64,000 nt of DNA, taken from NCBI RefSeq assembly GCF_003018255.1, contig NZ_CP027440.1; one strand, written 5' to 3'. This document shows positions 35,269-47,728 of the stretch, piece after piece. Made by a program: the position numbers and the translations under genes. Source of the DNA: Escherichia coli. GTDB taxonomy: Bacteria > Pseudomonadota > Gammaproteobacteria > Enterobacterales > Enterobacteriaceae. Position 1 is the first letter of the stretch; every line of letters starts with the position of its first letter. The notes beneath the pieces are model-generated. The model made no database searches, had not been told where the DNA came from, and saw only the letters and a program-made list of their open reading frames with translations.

Positions 35269-35715
35269 TTATTGGAAACGACGACGTGCATTGGCTTCGC
35301 GCGCAGCTTGCGCTGTTTCTACCGATACCACGCGACGACCGACCGGCCATAGTGCAATAGCGGCAATTTTAAAGTTCGCAATACCGACAGGAATGCCAAT
35401 GATGGAAATACATTGTGCGATGCCCGTTGCAATGTGCATCAGGCATAACCACCAGCCAAAGAAAATCAGCCAGAAAATATTCAATACCGTACCGCCAGTA
35501 TTTAGCAGCACATTTTTGCCAGCCGGGTTCAGTTCATCGACATGAATAGCTTCATTGCCATAAGGCACCAGAGACAGTTTGGTGATCTCCCAGCAGGATC
35601 GTGTCAGTGGTAAGGTAAAAATCAGCACAATACTGACCAGAGTCGCCAACAGCCAGCCCAGAGTGGTGGCAAATCCGCCAAGCACAAAGTTCAGAATGTT
35701 CAAAACGGTACGCAT
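35269..35715 (-). CDS. yccF: inner membrane protein YccF
   Basis: 148 aa hydrophobic; MRTVLNILNFVLGGFATTLGWLL. Confidence 0.9.
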   Translation of the reverse strand: MRTVLNILNFVLGGFATTLGWLLATLVSIVLIFTLPLTRSCWEITKLSLVPYGNEAIHVDELNPAGKNVLLNTGGTVLNIFWLIFFGWWLCLMHIATGIAQCISIIGIPVGIANFKIAAIALWPVGRRVVSVETAQAAREANARRRFQ

Positions 35716-35837
35716 AAAACCTCGCTTTACTGTGGTTTTCAGTAATGGGCGGCAATTGTAACGTTTTTTTGGGCTGGAGCACGTTTTCTCTGACGGTTAC
35801 ACTGATAAGAAATAATTTCGTGTGGATCTACAGAGTC

Positions 35838-37892
35838 ATGGAACTGAAAGCGACAACGCTTGGAAAACGTCTGGCACAGCACCCTTACGATCGGGCGGTG
35901 ATCCTCAATGCCGGGATTAAAGTCTCCGGCGATCGCCACGAATACCTTATTCCTTTCAATCAATTACTGGCGATTCACTGTAAGCGCGGTCTGGTATGGG
36001 GCGAACTGGAGTTTGTACTGCCGGACGAAAAAGTGGTGCGTCTGCACGGCACCGAATGGGGCGAGACGCAGCGTTTTTACCATCATCTTGATGCTCACTG
36101 GCGGCGGTGGAGTGGCGAGATGAGCGAAATTGCGTCTGGCGTTTTACGTCAGCAACTGGATTTGATTGCCACGCGCACCGGAGAAAATAAATGGCTGACG
36201 CGTGAGCAAACCTCTGGCGTGCAGCAACAAATCCGCCAGGCTTTGTCGGCGTTACCATTGCCGGTTAACCGACTGGAAGAATTCGATAACTGCCGTGAGG
36301 CGTGGCGTAAATGTCAGGCCTGGTTGAAGGACATTGAAGGCGCTCGGTTGCAGTATAATCAGGCGTATACCGAAGCCATGCTTACCGAGTATGCGGATTT
36401 TTTCCGCCAGGTCGAGTCTTCACCGCTGAATCCGGCGCAGGCCCGGGCAGTCGTTAATGGCGAGCATTCTCTGTTAGTGCTGGCAGGTGCAGGAAGCGGA
36501 AAAACGTCGGTGCTGGTGGCCCGTGCTGGCTGGTTACTGGCGCGTGGTGAAGCGTCTCCTGAGCAAATTTTATTGCTGGCGTTTGGTCGCAAAGCCGCTG
36601 AAGAGATGCACGAGCGTATTCGAGAACGACTACATACCGAAGACATTACCGCACGCACGTTTCATGCGCTGGCGCTGCATATTATTCAGCAGGGCAGCAA
36701 AAAAGTTCCGATAGTCAGCAAACTGGAAAATGATACCGCTGCCCGTCATGAACTTTTTATTGCTGAGTGGCGCAAGCAATGCAGCGAAAAGAAAGCGCAG
36801 GCGAAGGGCTGGCGGCAATGGCTGACGGAAGAAATGCAGTGGTCAGTGCCAGAAGGTAATTTCTGGGATGATGAAAAATTACAGCGTCGTCTTGCCTCTC
36901 GCCTCGATCGCTGGGTAAGTCTGATGCGGATGCACGGTGGTGCACAGGCAGAAATGATTGCCAGTGCACCCGAAGAGATTCGCGATCTGTTCAGTAAACG
37001 TATCAAGTTGATGGCCCCGTTATTAAAAGCCTGGAAAGGTGCGCTGAAGGCAGAAAACGCTGTCGATTTTTCGGGCCTTATTCACCAGGCGATTGTGATT
37101 CTGGAGAAAGGTCGCTTTATCAGCCCGTGGAAGCATATTCTGGTTGATGAATTTCAGGATATCTCGCCGCAGCGTGCAGCGTTGTTAGCGGCATTACGCA
37201 AGCAAAATAGTCAAACGACGTTGTTCGCTGTTGGTGATGACTGGCAGGCGATTTACCGATTCAGCGGTGCGCAAATGTCGCTTACCACGGCTTTCCATGA
37301 AAACTTTGGTGAAGGTGATCGCTGTGATTTAGACACGACCTACCGTTTTAACAGTCGTATCGGTGAGGTGGCAAACAGGTTTATTCAGCAGAACCCAGGC
37401 CAGCTTAAAAAGCCGCTAAACAGCTTAACCAATGGAGACAAAAAAGCCGTCACGTTATTGGATGAGGGTCAACTTGACGCTTTGCTGGATAAACTCTCTG
37501 GTTATGCCAAACCGGAAGAGCGCATTCTGATCCTGGCGCGTTACCATCACATGAGGCCTGCCAGCCTGGAAAAAGCAGCAACACGCTGGCCGAAGTTGCA
37601 AATCGACTTTATGACCATTCATGCCAGCAAAGGGCAACAGGCGGATTACGTCATCATCGTTGGCTTGCAGGAGGGGAGTGATGGTTTTCCGGCTGCGGCG
37701 CGGGAGTCGATTATGGAAGAGGCGCTACTGCCACCGGTTGAGGATTTCCCGGACGCTGAAGAACGGCGGTTAATGTACGTGGCGCTGACCCGGGCACGCC
37801 ATCGGGTATGGGCACTGTTTAACAAAGAGAATCCCTCTCCCTTTGTGGAAATACTGAAAAATCTGGATGTGCCGGTGGCGAGAAAACCGTAA
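35838..37892 (+). CDS. helD: DNA helicase IV
   Basis: ORF track 35745..37892; start at ATG 35838 giving MELKATTLGKRLAQHPYDRAVIL; Walker A GAGSGKT. Confidence 0.93.
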   Translation: MELKATTLGKRLAQHPYDRAVILNAGIKVSGDRHEYLIPFNQLLAIHCKRGLVWGELEFVLPDEKVVRLHGTEWGETQRFYHHLDAHWRRWSGEMSEIASGVLRQQLDLIATRTGENKWLTREQTSGVQQQIRQALSALPLPVNRLEEFDNCREAWRKCQAWLKDIEGARLQYNQAYTEAMLTEYADFFRQVESSPLNPAQARAVVNGEHSLLVLAGAGSGKTSVLVARAGWLLARGEASPEQILLLAFGRKAAEEMHERIRERLHTEDITARTFHALALHIIQQGSKKVPIVSKLENDTAARHELFIAEWRKQCSEKKAQAKGWRQWLTEEMQWSVPEGNFWDDEKLQRRLASRLDRWVSLMRMHGGAQAEMIASAPEEIRDLFSKRIKLMAPLLKAWKGALKAENAVDFSGLIHQAIVILEKGRFISPWKHILVDEFQDISPQRAALLAALRKQNSQTTLFAVGDDWQAIYRFSGAQMSLTTAFHENFGEGDRCDLDTTYRFNSRIGEVANRFIQQNPGQLKKPLNSLTNGDKKAVTLLDEGQLDALLDKLSGYAKPEERILILARYHHMRPASLEKAATRWPKLQIDFMTIHASKGQQADYVIIVGLQEGSDGFPAAARESIMEEALLPPVEDFPDAEERRLMYVALTRARHRVWALFNKENPSPFVEILKNLDVPVARKP

Positions 37893-37895
37893 GAA

Positions 37896-37917
37896 ACAGG
37901 TGGCGTTTGCCACCTGT
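37896..37917. terminator. bidirectional hairpin between convergent helD and mgsA
   Basis: acaggtggc-gttt-gccacctgt. Confidence 0.6.
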
Positions 37918-37923
37918 GCAATA

Positions 37924-38382
37924 TTACTTCAGACGGTCCGCGAGATAACGCTGATAATCGGGGATCAGAATATCGACCGCGTCGTTGAAATGCGGCGACT
38001 GGATAATGAAGTCTGCCGTTGCCACGTTGGTGGCAACCGGAATGTTCCATACCGTCGCCAGACGCAGCAAGGCTTTCACGTCAGGATCGTGCGGAACGGC
38101 ATTTAGTGGGTCCCAGAAGAAAATCAATACATCAATTTTCCCTTCTGAGATCAATGCGCCAACCTGCTGGTCACCCCCCATTGGGCCACTCAACATCGCG
38201 TTGACGTTCATGCCGGTTGCACGGGAAATCAAGTTACCGGTAGTGCCTGTTGCATACAGTACGTGTTGTTCCAGTAACGGTTGATGTCGTTCCACCCAGC
38301 TCATCAGCATTTGTTTGCAGTGATCGTGTGCCACCAGCGCAATATGTTTCCGCGCAGGTAAAGTGCGTGTCGTCAGTTCCAT
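37924..38382 (-). CDS. mgsA: methylglyoxal synthase
   Basis: ORF track 37924..38391; start giving [23 protein letters not shown]. Confidence 0.95.
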
Positions 38383-38477
38383 AATGTACATCCGTAGTTA
38401 ACTTTCCTACAGATTACTGTAAGCACTTATCGCTGCAAGAGAAAGACCGAAAAAGCCTGCGCACAGGCACAAAAATC

Positions 38478-39140
38478 TCAGGAGGATGGTTGTTTTTCCG
38501 CCCATTGCAGGAAAGTATTTCGCGTTTGTGGGTCAGCCAGTTTAAACCAATACTTCAGCCGTTGTTCTGTGAGCACCTGAGACTGCGGCGGAATAGCATC
38601 CAGCTCGGAAACACCCGAAAGCAGCGTACTGTCATCTGCCATCATCGTGGCAAATTGCGGTAGTGAAGCGCGTTTCGCGGATTTGTTATAGCGTTCAACC
38701 TCGACCTCATAATCAATCGTTTTTGCAGTTGAGGTAATGGCGAGAATATCCAGCTTTACCGGAATCGGCGTCGCATCGCCATCCAACAATTCAAGGCGCG
38801 GCGCGGCATCAAAATGGTTAGCTTCCCGCTCATTCTCCAGGCGAGGCAGGCGAAAATTGACCTGGTTGATGAGCTGGGTATTAAAACTAACCACCAGTGG
38901 AGGGGAGATATAGAGCCGTTCTTCACTATTGGAAAGATGAATCGTCTTCTCAACGCGAAACACTAACTGATGCGGTCCATTGTCCAGTTCAATGCTGTCC
39001 GCACCACGCAGCAGAGAGCTGGAAACCTTCTTACCGTCGAGTACCAGAAGATCGACATCGGTAGAAAGCCGCAGCGTGGTGGCAAAAACGGATACCGGCA
39101 AACATAATGCAATCAAGGTGGTCACGATGCCGGTTTTCAT
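38478..39140 (-). CDS. yccT: periplasmic protein YccT (UPF0319/DUF2057)
   Basis: 220 aa; N-terminal signal peptide [20 protein letters not shown]. Confidence 0.88.
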
Positions 39141-39312
39141 AGATAGCTCCTGTTAAAAGACCGCCCGAATAATAATGTGTCAAAATTTTTCTTTAATCAT
39201 ACTTACTAACATATAGATATATTTCCCGCTTTTGCTCTCATTCATTCGTATTAGCTGCATGGTTGGCATGTCGGCTTTGTCGTACACTTTGTTAAACAGT
39301 CTGGAGGAAATA

Positions 39313-39768
39313 ATGAAAGAAACCGATATTGCAGGCATTTTAACGTCCACTCACACCATTGCGCTGGTGGGGGCAAGCGACAAACCCGATCGTCCCAGCT
39401 ATCGCGTGATGAAATATCTACTCGACCAGGGGTATCACGTCATTCCTGTTTCGCCAAAAGTTGCCGGCAAAACACTGCTGGGCCAGCAGGGGTATGGCAC
39501 GCTGGCAGACGTTCCGGAAAAAGTCGATATGGTCGATGTTTTCCGTAATTCAGAAGCGGCGTGGGGCGTGGCGCAGGAAGCTATCGCCATTGGTGCGAAA
39601 ACCCTCTGGATGCAACTGGGGGTGATTAATGAGCAAGCGGCAGTGCTGGCGCGTGATGCAGGGCTAAACGTGGTGATGGATCGCTGCCCGGCGATTGAGA
39701 TCCCTCGTCTGGGCCTGGCAAAAAAAAAAAATACCCGGAAGGCGAAAACCTTCCGGGTATGTTTATGA
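39313..39768 (+). CDS. yccU: CoA-binding domain protein YccU; C-terminal tail here reads through an A12 tract
   Basis: ORF track 39232..39768; start at ATG 39313 giving [20 protein letters not shown]; reading frame continues ...[19 protein letters not shown] through the terminator hairpin. Confidence 0.85.
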   Translation: MKETDIAGILTSTHTIALVGASDKPDRPSYRVMKYLLDQGYHVIPVSPKVAGKTLLGQQGYGTLADVPEKVDMVDVFRNSEAAWGVAQEAIAIGAKTLWMQLGVINEQAAVLARDAGLNVVMDRCPAIEIPRLGLAKKKNTRKAKTFRVCL

Positions 39769-39771
39769 GGA

Positions 39772-40146
<375 letters not shown>

Positions 40147-41337
40147 TTACATGACGCGACAGGCAAACCCTTTCAGATATAGCCCTTCCGGGTAGGTAGC
40201 GATCACCGGATGATCGGCTGCCTGACGGAACTGCTCTATAAATTGTACATCACGACCGGCATCAATTGCGGCATCCGCGATGATTTTCTGAAATAAATCG
40301 CTGGTCATCAGACCGGAACAGGAGAAAGTCAGGAGAACACCGCCTTCATTCAGCAACTGAATCGCCAGCATGTTGATGTCTTTATAACCACGACACGCGC
40401 CCATCAACTGGCTTTTATTCTCAACAAACTTCGGCGGGTCCATCACGATAACGTCAAATTTTTCACCGCGATCGCGATAAGTACGCAGCAATTTAAAGAC
40501 ATCATCACGGACAAACTCAGCCTTGCTCAGATCCAGTTTGTTCAGCTCAACGTTCTGCCGTGCAATATCCAGCGCTTCGTGGGAGGTATCAACGCTGACA
40601 ACCTGGCTGCAACCGCCCATCAATGCCGATACGGCGAAACCACCGGTATAGGAGAAACAGTTAAGTACGCGTTTATTTTCGACGTAGCGGCGGGTAGCCA
40701 GGCGGCTGTCACGCTGGTCCAGGTAGTAGCCCGTTTTGTGTCCGTGCTGAATATCCACCAGCAGTTTCATGCCGTGTTCTTCAATCGGCAGCAGGGCAGG
40801 CGGCAACTCGCCGGTGATGGGGCCCTGAGTCAGCTCCATCCCTTCTTTTTTACGTACCGCGACGTCGCTGCGATCGTAAATAGCACATTCCGGGTACAGC
40901 GTTTGCAGGGCGCTAATTAATGCCGCGCGCTGATACTCTGCGCCAGCACTCAGCAGTTGCAGCACCAGAAAATTACCGAAACGATCGATAGTAATACCCG
41001 GCAGGCCATCAGATTCTCCGGCGATTAAACGATAGCTGTCGAGGCCATCTTTTTGCGCCAGCCAGTCACGCCATTTTTGTGCTTGCTGCAAACGGCGGGT
41101 AAAAAAAGCAATGTCGATAGACTCTGACGGGTCAAACGTCCAGACGCGCGCCCGGATTTGCGAAGCTGGCGAATAAGCGCCGCGTGCTAACCATTTTCCC
41201 TGATGATCAACAATATCGATGGTTTCACCGAGGCTGGCTTTACCTTCCATGCGGGCAACGGCCCCGGAAAAGACCCACGGATGGCGACGAAGTAATGATT
41301 TTTCGCGCCCTTTGGCTAACACTAAACGTACACTCAT
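40147..41337 (-). CDS. rlmI: 23S rRNA m5C1962 methyltransferase RlmI (YccW)
   Basis: 396 aa; [27 protein letters not shown]. Confidence 0.93.
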   Translation of the reverse strand: MSVRLVLAKGREKSLLRRHPWVFSGAVARMEGKASLGETIDIVDHQGKWLARGAYSPASQIRARVWTFDPSESIDIAFFTRRLQQAQKWRDWLAQKDGLDSYRLIAGESDGLPGITIDRFGNFLVLQLLSAGAEYQRAALISALQTLYPECAIYDRSDVAVRKKEGMELTQGPITGELPPALLPIEEHGMKLLVDIQHGHKTGYYLDQRDSRLATRRYVENKRVLNCFSYTGGFAVSALMGGCSQVVSVDTSHEALDIARQNVELNKLDLSKAEFVRDDVFKLLRTYRDRGEKFDVIVMDPPKFVENKSQLMGACRGYKDINMLAIQLLNEGGVLLTFSCSGLMTSDLFQKIIADAAIDAGRDVQFIEQFRQAADHPVIATYPEGLYLKGFACRVM

Positions 41338-41431
41338 AATTTACTTTTCTGTCGATGCAAAGAAATGGGCGTCATTGTCCGGAGTTTTCCATGGATTTGC
41401 AACGCGTCCATTAAGGATAAGGAGAGCAGCA

Positions 41432-41710
41432 ATGTCGAAAGTCTGCATAATTGCCTGGGTTTACGGGCGAGTTCAGGGCGTAGGATTCCGCTACACCACG
41501 CAGTACGAAGCGAAAAAACTGGGACTAACCGGGTACGCCAAAAATCTTGACGATGGCAGCGTGGAAGTGGTTGCCTGCGGTGACGAAGGGCAGGTGGAAA
41601 AATTAATGCAGTGGTTAAAAAGTGGCGGCCCGCGTTCAGCGCGTGTGGAACGGGTGCTTAGCGAGCCGCATCATCCCTCCGGGGAGTTAACGGATTTTCG
41701 TATCCGTTAA
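41432..41710 (+). CDS. acyP: acylphosphatase (YccX)
   Basis: ORF track 41219..41710; start at ATG 41432 giving [27 protein letters not shown] (acylphosphatase signature); 92 aa. Confidence 0.9.
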   Translation: MSKVCIIAWVYGRVQGVGFRYTTQYEAKKLGLTGYAKNLDDGSVEVVACGDEGQVEKLMQWLKSGGPRSARVERVLSEPHHPSGELTDFRIR

Positions 41711-42036
41711 ATGCATTTTACCGGTTTAGGCAGGCCAGCAATTTTGGTGGCTTGCTTTGCCGGACCTTTCGGGAACAGTCGGTACAGATAGCGGCTATTG
41801 CCTTTCTCTTCGCCAAATTTATTCGCCATCGCTTTTACCAGCATACGAATCGCCGGAGAAGTATTGAATTCCAGATAGAAATCACGCACAAAACGCACCA
41901 CTTCCCAGTGTTCTGGCGACAGCGCAATCCCTTCGTTCTCTGCAATCACCACCGCCAGTGGTTCACTCCACTGGCTGCTTTCTTTGAGATAGCCTTCGGT
42001 ATCCGTTTCTATCTCTTTACCTTCGAAGATCAGCAT
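41707..42036 (-). CDS. tusE: sulfurtransferase TusE (YccK)
   Basis: 109 aa; [18 protein letters not shown]; DsrC-like C-terminal ...PKPVKCI. Confidence 0.92.
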   Translation of the reverse strand: MLIFEGKEIETDTEGYLKESSQWSEPLAVVIAENEGIALSPEHWEVVRFVRDFYLEFNTSPAIRMLVKAMANKFGEEKGNSRYLYRLFPKGPAKQATKIAGLPKPVKCI

Positions 42037-42127
42037 AATTCTTTACTACCTTAATCAGACTGGCGGCAGTGTAACAAAAAACAAAGCCCCGCATAAAGCG
42101 AGGCTCGGTAAGTAACCCTGGGCGAGA

Positions 42128-42787
42128 TTAATCGCGGCTGGCGAAGCCCAGAATGCTCAGCAGGCTGACGAAGATGTTGTACAGCGAAACATACAGGCTA
42201 ACCGTGGCACGAATATAGTTCGTTTCACCGCCATGAATGATGTTGCTGGTTTCAAACAAAATAGCGCCAGAGGAGATCAGAATGAAGACCGCGCTGATCG
42301 CCAGATGCAGAGCAGGCAGTTGCAGGAAGATATTAGCAACCATACCAATCAGCACCACCACAATACCCGCCATCAGCATACCGCCAAGGAATGACATATC
42401 TTTGCGGGTGGTCAGCACATACGCAGAGCAGCAGAAGAACACTAACGCCGTTCCGCCCAGTGCCATAGCGATTACGTCACCCATTCCGGCAGACAGATAG
42501 GTGTTCAGAATTGGTCCGAGGATATAACCCAGAAAACCGGTAAAGGCGAATGCGGAGATAATCCCGGTCGGCTTATTCGCCGTTTTGTAGGTCAGGAACA
42601 TCAAACCATACATACCCACCAGCGTCAGAATCAGACCCGGAGATGGCAGCATCAGCACCGTACTGGCAGTTGCGGTAATCGCCGAAAAGGCCAGCGTCAG
42701 GCTCAGCAGAAAATAGGTATTACGCAGCACCTTATGGGTGCTAAGCAGCGATGTACGGTCATGTGAAGAACTAACTATACGATCCAT
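42128..42787 (-). CDS. yccA: FtsH modulator YccA (BI-1 family membrane protein)
   Basis: 219 aa, 7-TM-like hydrophobic profile; sequence recognised. Confidence 0.93.
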   Translation of the reverse strand: MDRIVSSSHDRTSLLSTHKVLRNTYFLLSLTLAFSAITATASTVLMLPSPGLILTLVGMYGLMFLTYKTANKPTGIISAFAFTGFLGYILGPILNTYLSAGMGDVIAMALGGTALVFFCCSAYVLTTRKDMSFLGGMLMAGIVVVLIGMVANIFLQLPALHLAISAVFILISSGAILFETSNIIHGGETNYIRATVSLYVSLYNIFVSLLSILGFASRD

Positions 42788-42957
42788 TGAGTCACTCTCT
42801 ATGACAGATGTAATTAATTAAGCAGCATAATGATAATGTGGGAAGGTACACAGAAGTTTTACCCATCTTTACGCATTTGATCTGAAACAAGTTTCACAGC
42901 GGAGTCTCAGGTCATTAGGCAGTGATATAACGCCCTGAGAATTTCGACAGGCAAAAG

Positions 42958-42990
42958 AAAAAGGGGTTAGCATTTAGCTAACCCCTTATC
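42958..42990 (-). terminator. rho-independent terminator of serT
   Basis: stem aaggggttagc-attt-agctaacccctt; T-run on minus strand immediately 3' of the tRNA. Confidence 0.75.
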
Positions 42991-42995
42991 TTATT

Positions 42996-43083
42996 TGGCG
43001 GAAGCGCAGAGATTCGAACTCTGGAACCCTTTCGGGTCGCCGGTTTTCAAGACCGGTGCCTTCAACCGCTCGGCCACACTTCC
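42996..43083 (-). tRNA. serT: tRNA-Ser (anticodon UGA), 88 nt including encoded CCA
   Basis: minus strand reads GGAAGTGTGGCCGAGCGGTTGAAGGCACCGGTCTTGAAAACCGG...GGTTCGAATCTCTGCGCTTCCGCCA; long variable arm; anticodon loop CUUGAAA. Confidence 0.95.
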
Positions 43084-43509
43084 GGAATGACGCGCACTAT
43101 AAACATCCCGATGCAGCGTGTAAACCCCTAATTTGTTTGTTTGCCTGAAAAACAGCCAAAAGTGCATTGATAGCGTGAAATAACAGCAGATTGATCATTT
43201 CATCACCATGAATTCCTTCTCTTTTACTCGTTTAGCAATCGGCTAAACATCCCCACCGCCCGGTAAAAAGAAAAATAGGTCCATTTTTATCGCTAAAAGA
43301 TAAATCCACACAGTTTGTATTGTTTTGTGCAAAAGTTTCACTACGCTTTATTAACAATACTTTCTGGCGACGTGCGCCAGTGCAGAAGGATGAGCTTTCG
43401 TTTTCAGCATCTCACGTGAAGCGATGGTTTGCCTTGCTACAGGGACGTCGCTTGCCGACCATAAGCGCCCGGTGTCCTGCCGGTGTCGCAAGGAGAAGAG
43501 ACGTGCGAT

Positions 43510-44628
43510 ATGAATAACGAGGAAACATTTTACCAGGCCATGCGGCGTCAGGGCGTTACCCGACGCAGCTTTCTCAAATATTGCAGTCTGGCTGCCACGT
43601 CGCTGGGATTAGGCGCGGGGATGGCACCAAAGATTGCCTGGGCGCTGGAGAACAAACCGCGCATTCCGGTGGTATGGATCCACGGTCTGGAATGCACCTG
43701 CTGTACCGAATCTTTTATCCGCTCCGCTCACCCGCTGGCAAAGGACGTCATCCTTTCCCTGATTTCCCTCGATTACGACGATACTTTGATGGCTGCCGCC
43801 GGAACCCAGGCGGAAGAAGTCTTTGAAGACATCATCACGCAATACAATGGCAAATATATCCTCGCAGTAGAAGGTAATCCGCCGCTGGGCGAGCAGGGGA
43901 TGTTCTGTATCAGCAGCGGTCGACCGTTTATTGAGAAACTCAAACGTGCCGCTGCCGGAGCCAGTGCGATTATCGCCTGGGGAACCTGCGCGTCCTGGGG
44001 CTGCGTGCAGGCCGCGCGACCCAATCCGACGCAGGCAACGCCTATCGACAAAGTCATCACCGACAAACCTATTATCAAAGTACCTGGCTGCCCGCCGATC
44101 CCGGATGTGATGAGCGCCATCATTACTTACATGGTGACCTTTGATCGCTTGCCAGATGTCGACAGAATGGGCCGTCCGTTGATGTTCTATGGTCAGCGTA
44201 TCCACGATAAATGCTATCGCCGTGCTCACTTCGACGCCGGAGAGTTCGTCCAGAGTTGGGATGATGACGCTGCCCGCAAAGGTTACTGCCTGTACAAAAT
44301 GGGCTGCAAAGGGCCTACCACCTATAACGCCTGTTCCTCCACACGCTGGAACGATGGCGTTTCCTTCCCGATCCAGTCAGGTCACGGCTGCCTGGGTTGT
44401 GCGGAAAATGGTTTCTGGGATCGCGGTTCGTTCTACAGCCGCGTGGTCGATATTCCACAAATGGGTACCCATTCCACCGCCGACACCGTCGGTTTAACCG
44501 CGCTTGGCGTGGTGGCAGCGGCTGTTGGTGTGCACGCAGTCGCCAGCGCCGTTGACCAGCGCAGGCGTCATAACCAGCAACCTACAGAAACCGAACATCA
44601 GCCAGGCAATGAGGATAAACAGGCATGA
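43510..44628 (+). CDS. hyaA: [NiFe] hydrogenase 1 small subunit, Tat signal
   Basis: ORF track 43483..44628; start at ATG 43510 giving [29 protein letters not shown] (twin-arginine motif). Confidence 0.95.
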   Translation: MNNEETFYQAMRRQGVTRRSFLKYCSLAATSLGLGAGMAPKIAWALENKPRIPVVWIHGLECTCCTESFIRSAHPLAKDVILSLISLDYDDTLMAAAGTQAEEVFEDIITQYNGKYILAVEGNPPLGEQGMFCISSGRPFIEKLKRAAAGASAIIAWGTCASWGCVQAARPNPTQATPIDKVITDKPIIKVPGCPPIPDVMSAIITYMVTFDRLPDVDRMGRPLMFYGQRIHDKCYRRAHFDAGEFVQSWDDDAARKGYCLYKMGCKGPTTYNACSSTRWNDGVSFPIQSGHGCLGCAENGFWDRGSFYSRVVDIPQMGTHSTADTVGLTALGVVAAAVGVHAVASAVDQRRRHNQQPTETEHQPGNEDKQA

Positions 44629-46418
44629 GCACTCAGTACGAAACTCAGGGATACACCATCAACAATGCCGGACGCCGCCTGGTGGTCGACCCGATTACGC
44701 GCATTGAAGGCCACATGCGCTGCGAAGTGAATATTAACGATCAGAATGTGATCACCAATGCCGTCTCCTGCGGCACCATGTTTCGCGGGCTGGAGATCAT
44801 CCTGCAAGGGCGCGACCCGCGCGATGCGTGGGCGTTCGTTGAACGTATCTGCGGCGTCTGTACTGGCGTACACGCTCTGGCTTCGGTTTACGCCATCGAA
44901 GATGCCATCGGTATTAAAGTGCCGGACAACGCCAATATCATCCGCAACATTATGCTGGCAACGCTCTGGTGCCACGATCATCTGGTGCACTTCTATCAGC
45001 TTGCCGGGATGGACTGGATCGATGTGTTAGATGCGCTGAAAGCCGACCCGCGGAAAACCTCCGAACTGGCGCAAAGCCTCTCCTCATGGCCGAAATCATC
45101 CCCTGGCTATTTCTTCGACGTACAAAACCGCCTGAAGAAATTCGTTGAAGGCGGGCAGTTGGGGATCTTCCGCAATGGCTACTGGGGGCACCCGCAGTAC
45201 AAACTGCCGCCAGAAGCCAACCTGATGGGCTTTGCCCACTATCTCGAAGCTCTCGATTTCCAGCGTGAAATTGTCAAAATCCACGCGGTCTTTGGTGGTA
45301 AAAACCCGCATCCAAACTGGATTGTCGGCGGGATGCCTTGCGCCATTAACATTGACGAAAGCGGCGCAGTCGGGGCGGTCAATATGGAACGCCTGAACCT
45401 GGTGCAGTCGATCATTACCCGTACGGCGGATTTCATTAACAACGTGATGATCCCCGACGCCTTAGCCATCGGCCAGTTCAACAAACCGTGGAGCGAAATC
45501 GGCACGGGTCTTTCTGATAAATGTGTCCTCAGCTACGGCGCATTCCCGGATATTGCCAACGACTTTAGTGAGAAAAGTCTGCTGATGCCTGGCGGCGCGG
45601 TGATTAACGGCGACTTCAACAATGTGCTGCCAGTGGATTTGGTTGATCCGCAGCAGGTGCAGGAGTTTGTCGATCACGCCTGGTATCGTTATCCCAACGA
45701 TCAGGTCGGGCGTCATCCGTTCGATGGCATCACCGACCCGTGGTACAACCCCGGCGATGTCAAAGGCAGCGATACCAACATTCAGCAGCTGAATGAACAG
45801 GAACGCTACTCGTGGATCAAAGCGCCACGCTGGCGCGGTAATGCGATGGAAGTGGGGCCGCTGGCACGCACGTTAATCGCTTATCACAAAGGCGATGCGG
45901 CGACCGTTGAGTCGGTCGATCGCATGATGTCGGCGTTGAACCTGCCGCTTTCCGGCATCCAGTCAACGTTAGGCCGCATTTTGTGTCGCGCGCACGAAGC
46001 GCAGTGGGCCGCAGGCAAGTTACAATATTTCTTCGACAAGCTGATGACCAATCTCAAAAACGGCAATCTCGCCACCGCCTCCACTGAGAAGTGGGAACCA
46101 GCAACCTGGCCGACAGAGTGCCGTGGTGTCGGCTTTACCGAAGCGCCGCGCGGAGCGTTAGGCCACTGGGCCGCCATTCGCGATGGCAAGATTGATCTCT
46201 ACCAGTGCGTGGTGCCGACCACCTGGAACGCCAGCCCGCGCGATCCTAAAGGGCAAATTGGCGCTTATGAAGCGGCGCTGATGAACACCAAAATGGCGAT
46301 CCCCGAGCAACCGCTGGAGATCCTGCGTACTCTGCACAGCTTTGACCCGTGCCTCGCCTGTTCAACACACGTGCTGGGCGACGACGGTAGCGAGCTGATC
46401 TCCGTGCAGGTGCGTTAA
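44625..46418 (+). CDS. hyaB: [NiFe] hydrogenase 1 large subunit
   Basis: 597 aa; N-terminal RIEGH and C-terminal DPCLACSTH nickel-binding motifs. Confidence 0.96.
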   Translation: MSTQYETQGYTINNAGRRLVVDPITRIEGHMRCEVNINDQNVITNAVSCGTMFRGLEIILQGRDPRDAWAFVERICGVCTGVHALASVYAIEDAIGIKVPDNANIIRNIMLATLWCHDHLVHFYQLAGMDWIDVLDALKADPRKTSELAQSLSSWPKSSPGYFFDVQNRLKKFVEGGQLGIFRNGYWGHPQYKLPPEANLMGFAHYLEALDFQREIVKIHAVFGGKNPHPNWIVGGMPCAINIDESGAVGAVNMERLNLVQSIITRTADFINNVMIPDALAIGQFNKPWSEIGTGLSDKCVLSYGAFPDIANDFSEKSLLMPGGAVINGDFNNVLPVDLVDPQQVQEFVDHAWYRYPNDQVGRHPFDGITDPWYNPGDVKGSDTNIQQLNEQERYSWIKAPRWRGNAMEVGPLARTLIAYHKGDAATVESVDRMMSALNLPLSGIQSTLGRILCRAHEAQWAAGKLQYFFDKLMTNLKNGNLATASTEKWEPATWPTECRGVGFTEAPRGALGHWAAIRDGKIDLYQCVVPTTWNASPRDPKGQIGAYEAALMNTKMAIPEQPLEILRTLHSFDPCLACSTHVLGDDGSELISVQVR

Positions 46419-46436
46419 CAGCGAAGGAGAATCATC

Positions 46437-47144
46437 ATGCAACAGAAAAGCGACAACGTTGTCAGTCACTATGTCTTTGAAGCACCCGTGCGGATATGGC
46501 ACTGGCTGACGGTGTTATGCATGGCGGTGTTGATGGTCACCGGTTACTTCATCGGCAAACCGCTGCCTTCGGTCAGCGGTGAGGCGACGTATCTGTTTTA
46601 CATGGGCTATATCAGGTTGATTCACTTCAGCGCCGGGATGATTTTTACCGTGGTCTTGCTGATGCGGATCTACTGGGCTTTTGTCGGCAATCGCTACTCA
46701 CGCGAGCTTTTCATCGTGCCAGTATGGCGCAAAAGCTGGTGGCAGGGCGTGTGGTATGAAATCCGCTGGTACCTGTTTCTGGCAAAACGTCCGAGTGCCG
46801 ATATAGGTCATAACCCCATCGCCCAGGCGGCGATGTTCGGCTATTTCCTGATGTCGGTATTTATGATCATCACCGGCTTTGCGCTCTACAGCGAACACAG
46901 CCAGTACGCTATTTTTGCGCCGTTTCGTTATGTGGTGGAATTTTTCTACTGGACGGGGGGCAACTCAATGGACATTCACAGCTGGCATCGGCTGGGGATG
47001 TGGCTGATTGGCGCGTTTGTGATCGGCCATGTCTACATGGCGCTGCGTGAAGACATTATGTCCGACGACACGGTGATCTCCACTATGGTCAACGGCTACC
47101 GTAGCCACAAATTTGGCAAAATAAGTAACAAGGAGCGTTCATGA
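46437..47144 (+). CDS. hyaC: hydrogenase 1 cytochrome b subunit
   Basis: 235 aa membrane protein with conserved His ligands. Confidence 0.93.
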   Translation: MQQKSDNVVSHYVFEAPVRIWHWLTVLCMAVLMVTGYFIGKPLPSVSGEATYLFYMGYIRLIHFSAGMIFTVVLLMRIYWAFVGNRYSRELFIVPVWRKSWWQGVWYEIRWYLFLAKRPSADIGHNPIAQAAMFGYFLMSVFMIITGFALYSEHSQYAIFAPFRYVVEFFYWTGGNSMDIHSWHRLGMWLIGAFVIGHVYMALREDIMSDDTVISTMVNGYRSHKFGKISNKERS

Positions 47145-47728
47145 GCGAGCAACGCGTGGTGGTAATGGGGCTGGGCAACCTGCTGTGGGCCGATGAAGGC
47201 TTCGGCGTGCGGGTGGCGGAACGGCTGTATGCCCATTACCACTGGCCCGAGGATGTGGAGATTGTCGATGGCGGTACTCAGGGACTGAACTTGCTGGGGT
47301 ATGTCGAAAGCGCCAGTCACTTGTTGATCCTCGATGCCATTGATTACGGGCTGGAACCCGGAACGCTGCGAACATATGCCGGAGAACGCATTCCGGCTTA
47401 TCTCAGCGCGAAGAAAATGAGTCTGCACCAGAACAGCTTCTCCGAAGTGCTGGCGCTGGCAGATATCCGCGGACATCTGCCAGCACATATTGCCCTCGTC
47501 GGTCTGCAACCCGCAATGCTCGACGACTACGGCGGTAGCCTGAGCGAACTGGCGCGGGAGCAACTGCCCGCTGCGGAACAGGCGGCGCTGGCGCAGCTGG
47601 CTGTGTGGGGAATTGTGCCGCAACCGGCTAATGAATCGCGCTGTCTCAATTATGACTGTCTGTCGATGGAAAATTACGAAGGCGTTCGCTTGCGCCAGTA
47701 CCGGATGACGCTGGAGGAGCAGGGATGA
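47141..47728 (+). CDS. hyaD: hydrogenase 1 maturation endopeptidase
   Basis: 195 aa; [16 protein letters not shown] motif. Confidence 0.93.
   Translation: MSEQRVVVMGLGNLLWADEGFGVRVAERLYAHYHWPEDVEIVDGGTQGLNLLGYVESASHLLILDAIDYGLEPGTLRTYAGERIPAYLSAKKMSLHQNSFSEVLALADIRGHLPAHIALVGLQPAMLDDYGGSLSELAREQLPAAEQAALAQLAVWGIVPQPANESRCLNYDCLSMENYEGVRLRQYRMTLEEQG

Noticed and set aside
43609-44229. 206-aa ORF on the - strand
   Set aside because: Antisense inside hyaA; GC-rich coding regions commonly produce long open antisense frames.
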